Source: an uncultured delta proteobacterium
GTDB lineage: Bacteria > Desulfobacterota > Binatia > DP-6
NCBI GenBank assembly: GCA_963815115.1
Contig: CAWFFN010000009.1
Location: 1,600,001-1,664,000 of the forward strand
DNA length: 64,000 bases
Direction: 5' to 3'
Both the position numbers and the translations under genes were made by a program. The notes beneath the pieces are model-generated. The model did no database searches. It saw only the letters and a program-made list of their open reading frames with translations, and was not told the origin of the DNA. Below, piece by piece: positions 9,320 through 18,935 of the stretch (position 1 is its first letter; each line of letters starts with the position of its first letter).

Positions 9320-9511
9320 TCAGGAGCCGAGAGCGGGTTGGGGGACCGCCGCGCGCAGCATCACGGCGTTGAAGAGAGCCACCCAGGCGCCGTGGTCGAT
9401 GTAGCCTTCCAGGTGGTCCTCGCTCCAGCCGAAGGCGAGCTGGGGATCCTCCCAGACCTCGACCAGCTGTCCCTGGAGGAGGAGCCGGCGTCGCGGTGTG
9501 CTCGGGGTCAT
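9320..9511 (-). CDS. Small hypothetical protein, 63 aa
   Basis: MTPSTPRRRLLLQGQLVEVWEDPQLAFGWSEDHLEGYIDHGAWVALFNAVML...; GAGGA RBS; 10 nt after the previous gene. Confidence 0.6.
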   Translation of the reverse strand: MTPSTPRRRLLLQGQLVEVWEDPQLAFGWSEDHLEGYIDHGAWVALFNAVMLRAAVPQPALGS

Positions 9512-9521
9512 CGGCGCGTCC

Positions 9522-9707
9522 TCAGGCGGCCGCGACGCGCGAGGGGCGAACGTCGCCCATCTCGAACTTGGCGCCACGGAAGTTGCCGCACAGCCTGACG
9601 GTTCCGGAGTTGACGAGGTGGACCACCGTCGCGACGACCTCCGAGTCGGTGCGGGCGTATGCGGAGACGGCGGTCACGAGATCGAGCAGCGTGCATTCGG
9701 CTGGCAT
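9522..9707 (-). CDS. Small hypothetical protein, 61 aa
   Basis: MPAECTLLDLVTAVSAYARTDSEVVATVVHLVNSGTVRLCGNFRG...; AGAGGA RBS; sigma54 promoter upstream. Confidence 0.7.
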   Translation of the reverse strand: MPAECTLLDLVTAVSAYARTDSEVVATVVHLVNSGTVRLCGNFRGAKFEMGDVRPSRVAAA

Positions 9708-9807
9708 CGTCGGTTCCTCTCTTGGGGGGCGACCCGTCGCCTCCTCTGACAGCACTACGCCCATCACCCGGTCCCGGATGTTCAGACGAGGAAAAGCCGC
9801 GAAATCG

Positions 9808-9823
9808 TGCACGGACGGTACCA
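9808..9823 (-). promoter_or_regulatory. Putative sigma54 (-24/-12) promoter
   Basis: Minus strand TGGTACCGTCCGTGCA = GG-N10-GC, about 100 nt upstream of the 9707 start. Confidence 0.55.
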
Positions 9824-9900
9824 TTGGGCAGGGTCGCCGCCCGCAAGACGGGCGCGAGCCTCCGGCCCCGGCACGTGGTACGACCAGCCCGGGTGTCCCG

Positions 9901-10755
9901 GTGAAACGCCTCATCGTCACGGCCGACGACTTCGGCCTGTGCGAGCCGGTCAACGAGGCCGTCGAGATCGCGCACCGCGAGGGCATCCTCTCGACGGCCA
10001 GCCTGATGGTCGGCGGCGGTGCGGCGGACGATGCCGTGGCCCGCGCGCGCCGGCTCCCGCGGCTGCGGGTGGGCCTGCACGTCGTCGTCGTCGAGGACCT
10101 GCCGGTGCTGCCCCGCGCCCAGGTCGCGAGCCTGACGGACGATCACGGATATCTCTCCGGCCGCCTGGTCAGCTCCGGCGTGCGATTCTTCTTCAGCCCC
10201 GCGGCCCGGCGGCAGCTCGAGGCGGAGATCCGGGCGCAGTTCCAGCGTTTCGCGGCCACGGGTCTGGAGCTCGACCACGTCAACGCCCACAACCACATGC
10301 ACCTGCACCCGACGGTCCTCGGCATGATCCTGCGGGTGGGACGGGAGTTCGGGCTGCGCGCCATGCGCGTGCCGTGGGAGCCGCCGTTGATCTCGTGGCG
10401 CATCACCGGACGGGGGCTGGCGCCGAAGATGGCCGCCGCGGCCGGACTCGCGCCGTGGATGGCCGCGTTGCGCGCCCGGCTACGGCGCCGCGACATCCGG
10501 ACCAACGACCTGGTGCTCGGACTCGGGGCCACCGGCGCGATGGACGAGAGCACGGTGCTGCGGCTCCTCGAGATGCTTCCGGCCCGCCGCGTGGCCGAGA
10601 TGTACTTCCATCCGGCGACGCGCCGGTCGCCGGAGATCGACCGCACGATGCCGACGTACCGCCACCAGGACGAGCTGGCGGCGCTCACCAGCCGTCGGGT
10701 CCGCCAGGCGCTGGAGCGCCTCGCGATCCGCCCCGTGACCTTCAGGGAGCTCTGA
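9901..10755 (+). CDS. hpnK: Hopanoid biosynthesis-associated protein HpnK (YdjC deacetylase family)
   Basis: GTG start; KRLIVTADDFG, VNEAVEIAHREGILSTASLMV, GLH, LDHVNAHNHMHLHP, EMYFHP. Confidence 0.85.
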   Translation: MKRLIVTADDFGLCEPVNEAVEIAHREGILSTASLMVGGGAADDAVARARRLPRLRVGLHVVVVEDLPVLPRAQVASLTDDHGYLSGRLVSSGVRFFFSPAARRQLEAEIRAQFQRFAATGLELDHVNAHNHMHLHPTVLGMILRVGREFGLRAMRVPWEPPLISWRITGRGLAPKMAAAAGLAPWMAALRARLRRRDIRTNDLVLGLGATGAMDESTVLRLLEMLPARRVAEMYFHPATRRSPEIDRTMPTYRHQDELAALTSRRVRQALERLAIRPVTFREL

Positions 10756-10794
10756 GCCCGCCCCGCGACGCTCCCGGCGCGGTGGACGACACGC

Positions 10795-11520
10795 TCAGCG
10801 GTCGAGAAACTCGACCTTGCCCGTGCTCACGTCGTACATGCAGCCGGCGATGACGATGTCGCCCGACTGCTCCAGTCCTTTCAGGATCGGGCTCTTCTCG
10901 CGCAGCTCGCGCATCGTCTGGCGCACGTTCTCCCGGGCCGCGGCGTCCACGAACGCCTCGTTCTTGCAGTCGGGTCCTCCCGGGACGTCCTTCACTGCCG
11001 CGACAGCGGGCTCGATCTTGTTCAGCAGGCCGGTGATGTTGCCGAGCTTGACGTGCTCGCAGGCGCTCTTCACTGCACCGCACCGCGTGTGGCCCATCAC
11101 CAGGACGAGCTTGGCGCCGACGACCTTGGTGGCGTACTCGAGGCTTCCCAGCACGTCGGGGTTCACGACGTTGCCCGCCACGCGCGCGACGAACATGTCA
11201 CCGATGCCGGCGTCGAGGACGGTCTCGACGGGGACGCGGGAATCGATGCATCCCAGGACGACGGCGACGGGATGCTGCGCCGCCGCCGTGGCGCGGATGT
11301 CCTGCGCCGGGTCGCGCCGGCGCGGCTCGCCGCGCAGGAAGCGCTCGTTCCCCTCCTTGGCCTGGCGAAGGACGTCGGCAGGGGTCGGGGCCTGCTGGGT
11401 CTCACGGGTCACGGTGGGGGCCTCTGGTTTCCCTTGCGCTCGGGTGACGGCGGTGGAGAGCAGCGCCGCCGACAGCACGACGACGCGCCCCCGGTGCGCT
11501 CCGACGATGCGTTTCATCAT
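10795..11520 (-). CDS. Beta-class carbonic anhydrase with signal peptide
   Basis: EGNERF; Zn ligands in GCIDSRVP and GHTRCGAV; RVAGN; N-terminal hydrophobic segment. Confidence 0.93.
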   Translation of the reverse strand: MMKRIVGAHRGRVVVLSAALLSTAVTRAQGKPEAPTVTRETQQAPTPADVLRQAKEGNERFLRGEPRRRDPAQDIRATAAAQHPVAVVLGCIDSRVPVETVLDAGIGDMFVARVAGNVVNPDVLGSLEYATKVVGAKLVLVMGHTRCGAVKSACEHVKLGNITGLLNKIEPAVAAVKDVPGGPDCKNEAFVDAAARENVRQTMRELREKSPILKGLEQSGDIVIAGCMYDVSTGKVEFLDR

Positions 11521-11641
11521 GATTGGCGGGCGACCCTAGCACAAGCTCGATCATCGTCGTTAGCCCCAGCTCGAGAGCGCTGCCGGCCGCCGATCGAGTC
11601 GTGCCCCCCTGGCGGGGGTGTGGTAGGCATGTCGAAGGGCG

Positions 11642-12175
11642 ATGTGGCCGAGCCCGGGAAAACGCAATCGCGCGCCGTTGCTCGCGGCGCTCGCGCTGGC
11701 CGTGCCGGCGTCGATCTGCTCGGCCACGTGCCCTGCAAGCGACCTCGGAAGCTGCACGGCGCGGTGCGATGCCGGCGACGCCGCGAGCTGCGCGAGTCTC
11801 GGTGTCATCTACATGAAGGGCGGCCAGGGCGTCGGGCGGAACGATCGCCGGGCCGTGGAGCTCTTCCGCAAGGCCTGTGATGGTGGCAGCGGACAGGGAT
11901 GCACCAACCTGCGCGCGATGTACGCCCAGGGACGCGGCGTTGGCAGGCAGTACGACGACCAGGACGCCGAGCGCTACCACCAGCAGTGCGCTGCGGGAAA
12001 GGCCGCCGCGTGCGACGACCTCGGTCGCCTGGCCGAGGAAGGACGCGGCGTGGCGCGCGATCGGCGACAGGCCATCGAGCTGTACCGCAAAGCGTGCCAG
12101 GCCGGGAACGCCAGCGGCTGTCGCCACGCCTGCGCCGCGGGCGACGAGGCGAGCTGCAAGGGGCCGGCGCGCTAG
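11642..12175 (+). CDS. Secreted Sel1-like repeat (HcpA-type Cys-rich) protein
   Basis: Signal peptide; repeats SCASLGVIYMKGGQGVGRNDRRAVELFRKACDGG and ACDDLGRLAEEGRGVARDRRQAIELYRKACQAG. Confidence 0.8.
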   Translation: MWPSPGKRNRAPLLAALALAVPASICSATCPASDLGSCTARCDAGDAASCASLGVIYMKGGQGVGRNDRRAVELFRKACDGGSGQGCTNLRAMYAQGRGVGRQYDDQDAERYHQQCAAGKAAACDDLGRLAEEGRGVARDRRQAIELYRKACQAGNASGCRHACAAGDEASCKGPAR

Positions 12176-12254
12176 CGTGTCGCGCGCGCCGTCGCCGCGG
12201 CGCCGAGCGAGCCGGCAATTTGAACGACGCGCTGCCAGCGTGGTAGCCGGAGCC

Positions 12255-13436
12255 GTGTCCGACATCCTCGACCGCGACCTCTTCCGGCGCATCCAGGATC
12301 GGGTGGCCGTGGTCGGCATCGGTCATCTGCCGTTCGCCAAGGACATCGGGCGTCCGATCGGCGACACCGCCGTCGAGGCGATCCAGCTGGCGCTCGCCGA
12401 CGCCGGACTCGAGGCCGAGGACCTCGACGGCATGTCGATGCTCGAGATGGAGGACACCCACGAGGTCTCCATCGCCCGCCGGCTCGGCGTGCGGCAGCTC
12501 ACCTGGTGGGACAAGATCTCGTACGGCGGCGGGGCGTCGAGCGCGACGATCATGCACGCGGCCGCCGCGGTCGCCAGCGGGCTGGCCACGGTGGTGAGCT
12601 GTCATCGCGCGCGCAACCGCGGCTCGAGGAGCTCGCGCCCGTGGTCGCAGGAGCGGGTGCTGGTGCGCGACGACAAGGCGCTGCATACCCCATGGGGGCT
12701 CATCCGTCCCGTCGACGTGATCGGCATGTGGGCACACCGCCACATGCACGAGTACGGCACGACGCGCGAGCACCTCGGCAACGTCGCGATCGCCGCCCGC
12801 CGTCACGCGCAGCGCAATCCCTTCGCGCTGATGCACGATCGTCCGCTCGACATGGAGACGTACCTCGGCGGACGCGTCATCGGCTATCCGCTGACGCTCT
12901 ACGACTGCTGCCTGGAGAGCGACGGCGCGCTCGCCTGCATCGTCACCACGGTGGAGCGCGCGCGCGACCTGCGCCAGAAACCGGTCCTGGTCCATTCCGT
13001 GGCCCAGGCGTCGGGGCCGAATCCGGTCCACCTCGCCAACTACAACAACTCGCCGACTTTTGAGACCACGTCGCGCTGGTGTGCGGAGCTGCTCTGGGCG
13101 CGCTCGGAGCTCAAGCCGCGCGACATGGGCTGCGCCCAGATCTACGACGCCTTCACGCCGCTCGTGGTGATGGGTCTGGAGGACTACGGCTTCTGCGCGC
13201 GCGGGGAGGGCGGGCCGTTCACCGAGGGCGGCCGGATCGAGATCGGAGGCGCGTTGCCCGTGCTCACCTCGGGCGGCGGCCTGTCCGAGGCCTACGTGCA
13301 CGGCTTCAACCTGCTGCTGGAAGGGGTCCGCCAGATCCGCGGGACGTCGGTCAACCAGGTTCCCGGATGCGCAGCGACCCTGGTGACCGGCGCCTCGGGC
13401 GTGGCAACCAGCGCCGTGGTGCTGCGGGCAGGGTGA
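12255..13436 (+). CDS. Thiolase-like / lipid-transfer protein (SCP-x type, Ltp2-like)
   Basis: GTG start; VAVVGIG, RHMHEYGTTREHLG, LYDCCLESDGA, QIYDAFT, TSGGGLSEAYVHG. Confidence 0.9.
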   Translation: MSDILDRDLFRRIQDRVAVVGIGHLPFAKDIGRPIGDTAVEAIQLALADAGLEAEDLDGMSMLEMEDTHEVSIARRLGVRQLTWWDKISYGGGASSATIMHAAAAVASGLATVVSCHRARNRGSRSSRPWSQERVLVRDDKALHTPWGLIRPVDVIGMWAHRHMHEYGTTREHLGNVAIAARRHAQRNPFALMHDRPLDMETYLGGRVIGYPLTLYDCCLESDGALACIVTTVERARDLRQKPVLVHSVAQASGPNPVHLANYNNSPTFETTSRWCAELLWARSELKPRDMGCAQIYDAFTPLVVMGLEDYGFCARGEGGPFTEGGRIEIGGALPVLTSGGGLSEAYVHGFNLLLEGVRQIRGTSVNQVPGCAATLVTGASGVATSAVVLRAG

Positions 13437-13440
13437 GGGC

Positions 13441-13878
13441 ATGGCCGAGTTCGTGCAGGACGAGCAGCCCCTCCACCCGGACTATCCGCTGCCCGACGTC
13501 GACGATCCGGTGATGCGGCCGTTCTGGGAAGGCGCGCGCGCCGGCAGGCTGATGCAGCAGCGCGACCGCGAGACCGGCGCGCTGCACTGGCCGCCGAAGC
13601 CGCTCTACTGGAAGGGCGGCGGCCGGCTCGAGTGGTTCGAGGCGAGTGGCAGGGGCCGCATCCACACCTGGGTGGTGGCGCACGAGCCCTTCCTCCCGGC
13701 CCTGCGCCATCTCCTGCCGCACGTCATGGTCGTGGTGACGCTCGCGGAAGGGCCACGCATCGTGGGCCACATGGTGCGCTGCCCCCCCGAGGCGATGCGC
13801 TTCGAGATGCCGGTGCGCGTCGTCTTCAAGCGACTCAGCGACCGGGTGACGCTGCCGGTCTGGGAACCCGATCGCTGA
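13441..13878 (+). CDS. DUF35 OB-fold acyl-CoA-binding protein, partner of the thiolase
   Basis: PFWEGARAGRL...WPP...SGRGRIHTW...VVVTLAEGPRIVG...PVRVVF; 4 nt after the thiolase gene. Confidence 0.85.
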   Translation: MAEFVQDEQPLHPDYPLPDVDDPVMRPFWEGARAGRLMQQRDRETGALHWPPKPLYWKGGGRLEWFEASGRGRIHTWVVAHEPFLPALRHLLPHVMVVVTLAEGPRIVGHMVRCPPEAMRFEMPVRVVFKRLSDRVTLPVWEPDR

Positions 13879-13880
13879 GG

Positions 13881-14447
13881 GTGCCGGACTTCCTCGTCCA
13901 CTTCGGGCCGATCGCGGTCTTCGTCGCCACGGCCGTCGAGGGCGATCTCGGGCTGATCGTCGGCGGCGTCGCCGCCCATCTCGGGCTCATGCATCCGCTC
14001 GTCGTCGGGATCACGGGCGCGCTCGGAGGCTTCTGCGGCGACGCGGTCTGGTTCGCCATCGGACGGCGCAGCGCCGACGCCATCCGCCGCAGTGCGGCGT
14101 GGCACCGCGTCGGTCCCACGGTCGAGCGCCTGGCGGCACGCTTCGGACCGCGTCAGATCCTGCTGGCGCGCCCGGTCTGGGGCACGCGGGTCGCCACCAT
14201 GCTGTTCTGGGGCACGCAGCGACTGGCGCCGGCCCGCTTCGCCGCGCTCGATCTTCCGGCGTGCACGCTGTGGGCGGTTCTCCTGGTGTCGCTCGGCTAC
14301 TACTCGAGCGTCAGCATCGAGGCACTGCTGGGGAAGGTCCGACGCGCGGAGGAGTGGCTGACCGTCGCGGTCCTGGTCGCGGTCGTCGCGGGAGTGTGCG
14401 GGCACCTTCTGCTGCGTGCTCGAGCGACCTCGCGGATCGAGAGATGA
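13881..14447 (+). CDS. DedA/VTT family membrane protein
   Basis: FVATAVEGD, GGFCGDAVWFAIGRR, ARPVWGTR; GTG start right after the previous stop. Confidence 0.85.
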   Translation: MPDFLVHFGPIAVFVATAVEGDLGLIVGGVAAHLGLMHPLVVGITGALGGFCGDAVWFAIGRRSADAIRRSAAWHRVGPTVERLAARFGPRQILLARPVWGTRVATMLFWGTQRLAPARFAALDLPACTLWAVLLVSLGYYSSVSIEALLGKVRRAEEWLTVAVLVAVVAGVCGHLLLRARATSRIER

Positions 14448-14489
14448 GTCGCTGGTACGGCGCATCGCGCTCGTGCTAGCCCTCGCCGC

Positions 14490-15395
14490 ATGCGCGAGAT
14501 CGCCTCCGGCCTCCAGTTCCCCGAAGGTCCCATCGCCCTGCCCGACGGCAGCGTGCTCGTCGTCGAGATCATGCGCGGCACCCTGTCGCGGGTCGCCCCG
14601 GATGGCGGGATCACGGTGGTGGCGGAGACCGGCGGCGGACCCAACGGCGCCGCCTTCGGTCCGGACGACAAGGTCTACGTCTGCAACAACGGGGGCTTCG
14701 AGTGGCACCAGGTGGCCGGCTTCACCGTGCCTGGCGACCAGCCCGCCAACTACTGCGGCGGCAGCATCCAGCGCGTCGACCTCGCCAGCGGCCGGGTGGA
14801 GACGGTCTACACCGAATGCAACGGTCACCCGCTGCGCGGCCCGAACGATCTGGTTTTCGATGCGCACGGCGGCTTCTGGTTCACGGATCACGGCAAGATC
14901 CGGGCCCGCGAGCGTGACCGGGGCGGCCTCTACTACGCGCGACCCGATGGGTCGCTCATCCGCGAGGTGGTCTACCCGCTGGACTCGCCGAACGGGGTCG
15001 GGCTGTCGCCCGACGGAAAGCGCCTGTACGTCGCGGAGACCTTCACCGGGCGCGTGTGGCAGTGGGACGTCGTCGCGCCGGGTGAGGTCGGGTCGGGAAT
15101 GCCGCTCGCGCCCGGTGGCGGCACGCTCCTCGCGGGGCTCTCCGGATTCCAGCTACTCGACTCGCTGGCGGTCGACGGTCACGGCAACGTCTGCGTGGCG
15201 ACGCTGGTCAACGGCGGCATCACGGTGCTGTCGACCTTCGGCGAGGTGCTGGAGCACGTCGCGACCGGAGACCCGCTGACCACGAACATCTGCTTCGGTG
15301 GCCGCGACCTCCGCATGGCGTACGTGACCTGTTCCGGCACCGGACGTCTGGTTGCGTTCGAGTGGCCGCGCTCGGGTCTGCGGCTGAACTACTAG
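14490..15395 (+). CDS. SMP-30/gluconolactonase/LRE family protein
   Basis: GLQFPEGP, GGGPNG, RGPNDLVFD, PNGVGLSPDG, DSLAVD, TTNICFGG. Confidence 0.92.
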   Translation: MREIASGLQFPEGPIALPDGSVLVVEIMRGTLSRVAPDGGITVVAETGGGPNGAAFGPDDKVYVCNNGGFEWHQVAGFTVPGDQPANYCGGSIQRVDLASGRVETVYTECNGHPLRGPNDLVFDAHGGFWFTDHGKIRARERDRGGLYYARPDGSLIREVVYPLDSPNGVGLSPDGKRLYVAETFTGRVWQWDVVAPGEVGSGMPLAPGGGTLLAGLSGFQLLDSLAVDGHGNVCVATLVNGGITVLSTFGEVLEHVATGDPLTTNICFGGRDLRMAYVTCSGTGRLVAFEWPRSGLRLNY

Positions 15396-15425
15396 CCAGC
15401 GGTGCCGGCGTCGCCCGGCACCGCA

Positions 15426-15454
15426 TTGACGCTCTTCCGGCGCCGGTCTACGGT
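15426..15454 (+). promoter_or_regulatory. Putative sigma70 promoter of the aldehyde dehydrogenase operon
   Basis: TTGACG-N17-TACGGT, 34 nt before the ATG at 15489. Confidence 0.4.
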
Positions 15455-15488
15455 CGAGATGAATCGCACAGCCACGGGGAGGTCCATC

Positions 15489-16982
15489 ATGGGAGTCGCG
15501 GCACACGTCGAGCGGTCGGTCGAGCAATTCGTTGGTGCGCCGCTGCGCAGGATGCTCATCGACGGCAAGTGGGTCGAGGCGGCATCGGGGAAGACCTTCG
15601 AGACGCCGGACCCCGCTACCGGGAAAGTGCTGGCGCGAGTCGCGGAGGGCGACGCCGAGGACGTCGATCGCGCGGCGCGCGCCGCGCGCCGTGCCTTCGA
15701 CGAGGGACCCTGGCCGCGCATGGCGCCCGCCGACCGCGAGCGCCTGCTGCTGAAGGTCGCCGACCTGATCGAGGCGCACGGGCTCGAGCTGGCGCAGCTC
15801 GAGACCCTCGACAACGGCAAGTCACTCGGCGAGAGCCAGAACGTCGACATCCCGTCCGCGGCGGCGACGTTCCGCTACTACGCCGGCTGGGTCAGCAAGA
15901 TCACCGGCGACACGAACCCGACCGATCCCGCCTTCTTCAACTTCACGCTACGCGAGCCGGTGGGCGTGTGCGGTCAGATCATCCCGTGGAACTTCCCGCT
16001 GCTGATGGCCGCGTGGAAGCTCGCTCCCGCCCTGGCCTGCGGCAACACCTGCATCCTCAAGCCCGCCGAGCAGACGCCGCTGACGGCGCTGCGGCTCGGC
16101 GAGCTGCTCCAGGAAGCGGGTATCCCCGACGGCGTCGTCAACATCGTCCCCGGCTTCGGACCCACGGCGGGCGGTGCCATCGTGGGACATCAGCTGATCG
16201 ACAAGGTCGCCTTCACCGGGTCCACCGAGGTCGGCAAGGAGATCCACCGAGAGACGGCCCATACCCTCAAGCGCGTGTCGCTCGAGCTCGGCGGCAAGAG
16301 CCCGAACATCGTCTTCGCGGATGCCGACGTCACCGAGGCGGTGAAGGGCGCGCTGGTCGGCGTGTTCTTCAACCAGGGCGAGGTGTGCTGTGCCGGCACG
16401 CGCCTGTTCGTCGAGGAGAAGCTGCACGACCAGTTCGCGGATGCGGTGGCGAGCGCAGCCGGCACCATGAAGCAGGGCCCGGGGATCGACGCCGACACGC
16501 AGGTGGGGCCGCTGGTGAGCCAGGAGCAGCTCGAGCGCGTCACGGGCTATCTCGAGATCGGCAGGAAGGAAGGCGCGAAGGTCCTGACCGGCGGCGAGCG
16601 CAATACCAGCCCGGGGCTCGAGGGCGGCTACTTCGTCAAGCCCACGGTGCTCACCGGGGTGCGCAACGACATGCGCATCGCGCAGGAGGAGATCTTCGGC
16701 CCGGTCGTGGCGCTCATCCCCTTCAAGGACGAGAACGACGCCGTCCTGCAGGGCAACGACACGCACTACGGCCTCGCCGCCGGCGTGTGGACGCGCGACG
16801 TCTCCAAGGCGCACCGCGTGGCGCGCGCGATGCGCGCCGGTACGGTGTGGGTCAATTGCTACAACGTGTTCGACGTCATGGCGCCGTTCGGCGGCTACAA
16901 GCAGAGCGGCTACGGCCGCGAGCTCGGTCGTCACGCCCTCGATCTCTACACGCAGGTGAAGAGCGTCTGGATGCGGATCTGA
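15489..16982 (+). CDS. NAD(P)-dependent aldehyde dehydrogenase
   Basis: GGGAGG RBS; [31 protein letters not shown], catalytic [16 protein letters not shown]. Confidence 0.95.
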   Translation: MGVAAHVERSVEQFVGAPLRRMLIDGKWVEAASGKTFETPDPATGKVLARVAEGDAEDVDRAARAARRAFDEGPWPRMAPADRERLLLKVADLIEAHGLELAQLETLDNGKSLGESQNVDIPSAAATFRYYAGWVSKITGDTNPTDPAFFNFTLREPVGVCGQIIPWNFPLLMAAWKLAPALACGNTCILKPAEQTPLTALRLGELLQEAGIPDGVVNIVPGFGPTAGGAIVGHQLIDKVAFTGSTEVGKEIHRETAHTLKRVSLELGGKSPNIVFADADVTEAVKGALVGVFFNQGEVCCAGTRLFVEEKLHDQFADAVASAAGTMKQGPGIDADTQVGPLVSQEQLERVTGYLEIGRKEGAKVLTGGERNTSPGLEGGYFVKPTVLTGVRNDMRIAQEEIFGPVVALIPFKDENDAVLQGNDTHYGLAAGVWTRDVSKAHRVARAMRAGTVWVNCYNVFDVMAPFGGYKQSGYGRELGRHALDLYTQVKSVWMRI

Positions 16983-16983
16983 C

Positions 16984-17454
16984 ATGGCCAGGGTCGCGTC
17001 CTTCGGCGACGTCGCCGACGAGTTCCGCCGCCGCTGGGAACGTACCATCTGGGCCACCATGGCCACGGTCGGCCCTCGAGGGCGGCTGCAATCGCGTCTG
17101 GTGCACCCGCTCTGGGAAGGGGCGACGGGCTGGATCGCGACCGGCGCCGACTCCTTGAAAGCCCGGCACCTGAGGATCAATCCCTACACGTCGCTGACCT
17201 ACTGGGACCAGACCAACGAGCAGGTGCACGTCGAGTGTCGCGCCGAATTCGAGCAGCGAGTCGAGGAGAAGCGCCGCGTCTGGGACCTCTTCAAGCGCAC
17301 GCCATCCCCGCTCGGCTATGATCCGGGCCTGTTCTTCAAGGAGGGCCCCGAGGGCCGGTCCGTCGGGATCGTGCGGCTCGTGCCGTGGCGCGTCGAGTTC
17401 TGGTCGCTCACCGAGTTGGTGGCGGGCAAGCCGTCGCAGGTCTGGCTGGCATGA
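16984..17454 (+). CDS. Pyridoxamine 5'-phosphate oxidase-like flavin-binding protein
   Basis: ATMATVGPRGRLQSRLVHPLWE, SLKARHLRINPYTSLTYW, LVPWRVE. Confidence 0.8.
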   Translation: MARVASFGDVADEFRRRWERTIWATMATVGPRGRLQSRLVHPLWEGATGWIATGADSLKARHLRINPYTSLTYWDQTNEQVHVECRAEFEQRVEEKRRVWDLFKRTPSPLGYDPGLFFKEGPEGRSVGIVRLVPWRVEFWSLTELVAGKPSQVWLA

Positions 17455-18302
17455 ACGGCGACAAGACCGGCGGAGAAACCTACGAGACGCTGCGCGTGGG
17501 CGTCCACGGCGGCATCGCCCGCGTCACCATCGACCACCCCCCCATCAACCTCTTCGACGTCGCGCTGATGCGAGACCTGATGCGGGTGGGAAGCGCGCTC
17601 GAGACCGACCCGGAGGTGCGGGTCGTCGTCCTCGACAGCGCCAATCCGGAGTTCTTCGTCGCCCACGCCGACGTCGGCCTGATCCAGCAGCTCCCCGCCG
17701 AGCCGCCGCCCAAGCCCACCGAGCTCGGTTTCTTCCACGCCATGGTCGACCGCTTCCGCACCATGCCGAAGGCGACCATCGGCGTCGTCGAGGGGGTGGC
17801 CCGGGGAGGCGGCAGCGAGCTGCTGCTGTCTCTCGACATGCGCTTCGGCGCGCTCGGCAAGGCGGTGCTCGCCCAGCCCGAGGTGGCGCTCGGGATCATT
17901 CCGGGCGGAAGCGGCACCCAGCGCCTGCCGCGCCTCATCGGCCGGGCGCGCGCCCTGGAGGTCATCCTGGGCTGCGACGACGTTCCGGCCGACCTGGCGG
18001 AGCGCTACGGCTACTTGAATCGGGCCCTCCCGCCCAACGAGCTACGCCCGTTCGTCGATCGGCTCGCGCATCGCATCGCCTCCTTCCCCGCCGAGGCCAT
18101 CGCCCTCGCCAAGGAGGCCGTCAACGCGGCCGAGCGCCCGACCCTGGAGGGGTTGCTCGAGGAGGCCGACTGCTTCAATCGCGCCGTCGCGACGCCGGAG
18201 GCCCGGGCGCGCATGGCCCGCTTCCTCGAGCTCGGCGGCCAGACCCGGGAGGTCGAGCTGGATCCGCGCGGGCTGCTGGCGCGTATCATGGGCACGGTGT
18301 AA
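17451..18302 (+). CDS. Enoyl-CoA hydratase/isomerase family protein
   Basis: ATGA overlap with the previous gene; VTIDHPPINL, FVAHAD, ARGGGSEL, QPEVALGIIPGGSGTQRL. Confidence 0.92.
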   Translation: MNGDKTGGETYETLRVGVHGGIARVTIDHPPINLFDVALMRDLMRVGSALETDPEVRVVVLDSANPEFFVAHADVGLIQQLPAEPPPKPTELGFFHAMVDRFRTMPKATIGVVEGVARGGGSELLLSLDMRFGALGKAVLAQPEVALGIIPGGSGTQRLPRLIGRARALEVILGCDDVPADLAERYGYLNRALPPNELRPFVDRLAHRIASFPAEAIALAKEAVNAAERPTLEGLLEEADCFNRAVATPEARARMARFLELGGQTREVELDPRGLLARIMGTV

Positions 18303-18345
18303 CCAGAGCACCGGGGATCTGTTCCGGGGAGCAGAAAGAACGACA

Positions 18346-18660
18346 ATGCGCACGCCCATCCTCCTCCTTCTTGCCGGACTGGCACTGGCGGGCTCGCTGG
18401 TCCTGCCGGGCTCGGCTCGGGCCCAGCCGTGGTTCGGCGGCGGCGCCGGACTCGGCATCTCGTACGCCGGGGGCTATCCCTACGCGGCCGGATTCTACGG
18501 CGTTCCCGTCTACCCGGCGCCCGTCTTCGTCTCGCCGGTCTTTGTTTCGCCGATTCCGCCGGTCTACTGGCCCGGACTGGGTCCGCAGATCGCAGTTCGC
18601 TGGAACAGCTACTTCGATCCGCGCGACCAGCAGATCCGCGGCTACACCCTGCCGCGCTGA
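18346..18660 (+). CDS. Small secreted Pro/Tyr/Gly-rich hypothetical protein
   Basis: Signal peptide (GSARA-Q); PVFVS repeated twice; 19-bp tail-to-tail overlap with the Smr gene. Confidence 0.6.
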   Translation: MRTPILLLLAGLALAGSLVLPGSARAQPWFGGGAGLGISYAGGYPYAAGFYGVPVYPAPVFVSPVFVSPIPPVYWPGLGPQIAVRWNSYFDPRDQQIRGYTLPR

Positions 18661-18935
18661 CGTAGCCGGACCAGGGTAGCGCCGAGGCCGCCGCGCTCCG
18701 GGGGGGCATCGCGGAACCCGGCGACGAGGGGGTGAGCCGCAAGGACCTGCTGCACGCGCGCCCGCTGCACCCCGCGCCCGCGGCCGTGGATCAGCCGGAC
18801 CTCGGTGAAGCCCGCCTTCTCCGCGGCCTCGAGATAGGATTCGACGACGGACGGGATCTCGGCCGGCGCGAACGGGTGCAGATCGATCGCGTCCTCGATC
18901 GGCACGACCACCGGCTCGTCGCCGGGCTCAGCCAC
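18642..18935 (-). CDS. Stand-alone Smr/MutS2 C-terminal domain protein
   Basis: IDLHPF, VRLIHGRGRGVQR, GGLGATLV; GTG start overlapping the upstream stop. Confidence 0.85.
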   Translation of the reverse strand: MAEPGDEPVVVPIEDAIDLHPFAPAEIPSVVESYLEAAEKAGFTEVRLIHGRGRGVQRARVQQVLAAHPLVAGFRDAPPERGGLGATLVRLRQRGRV

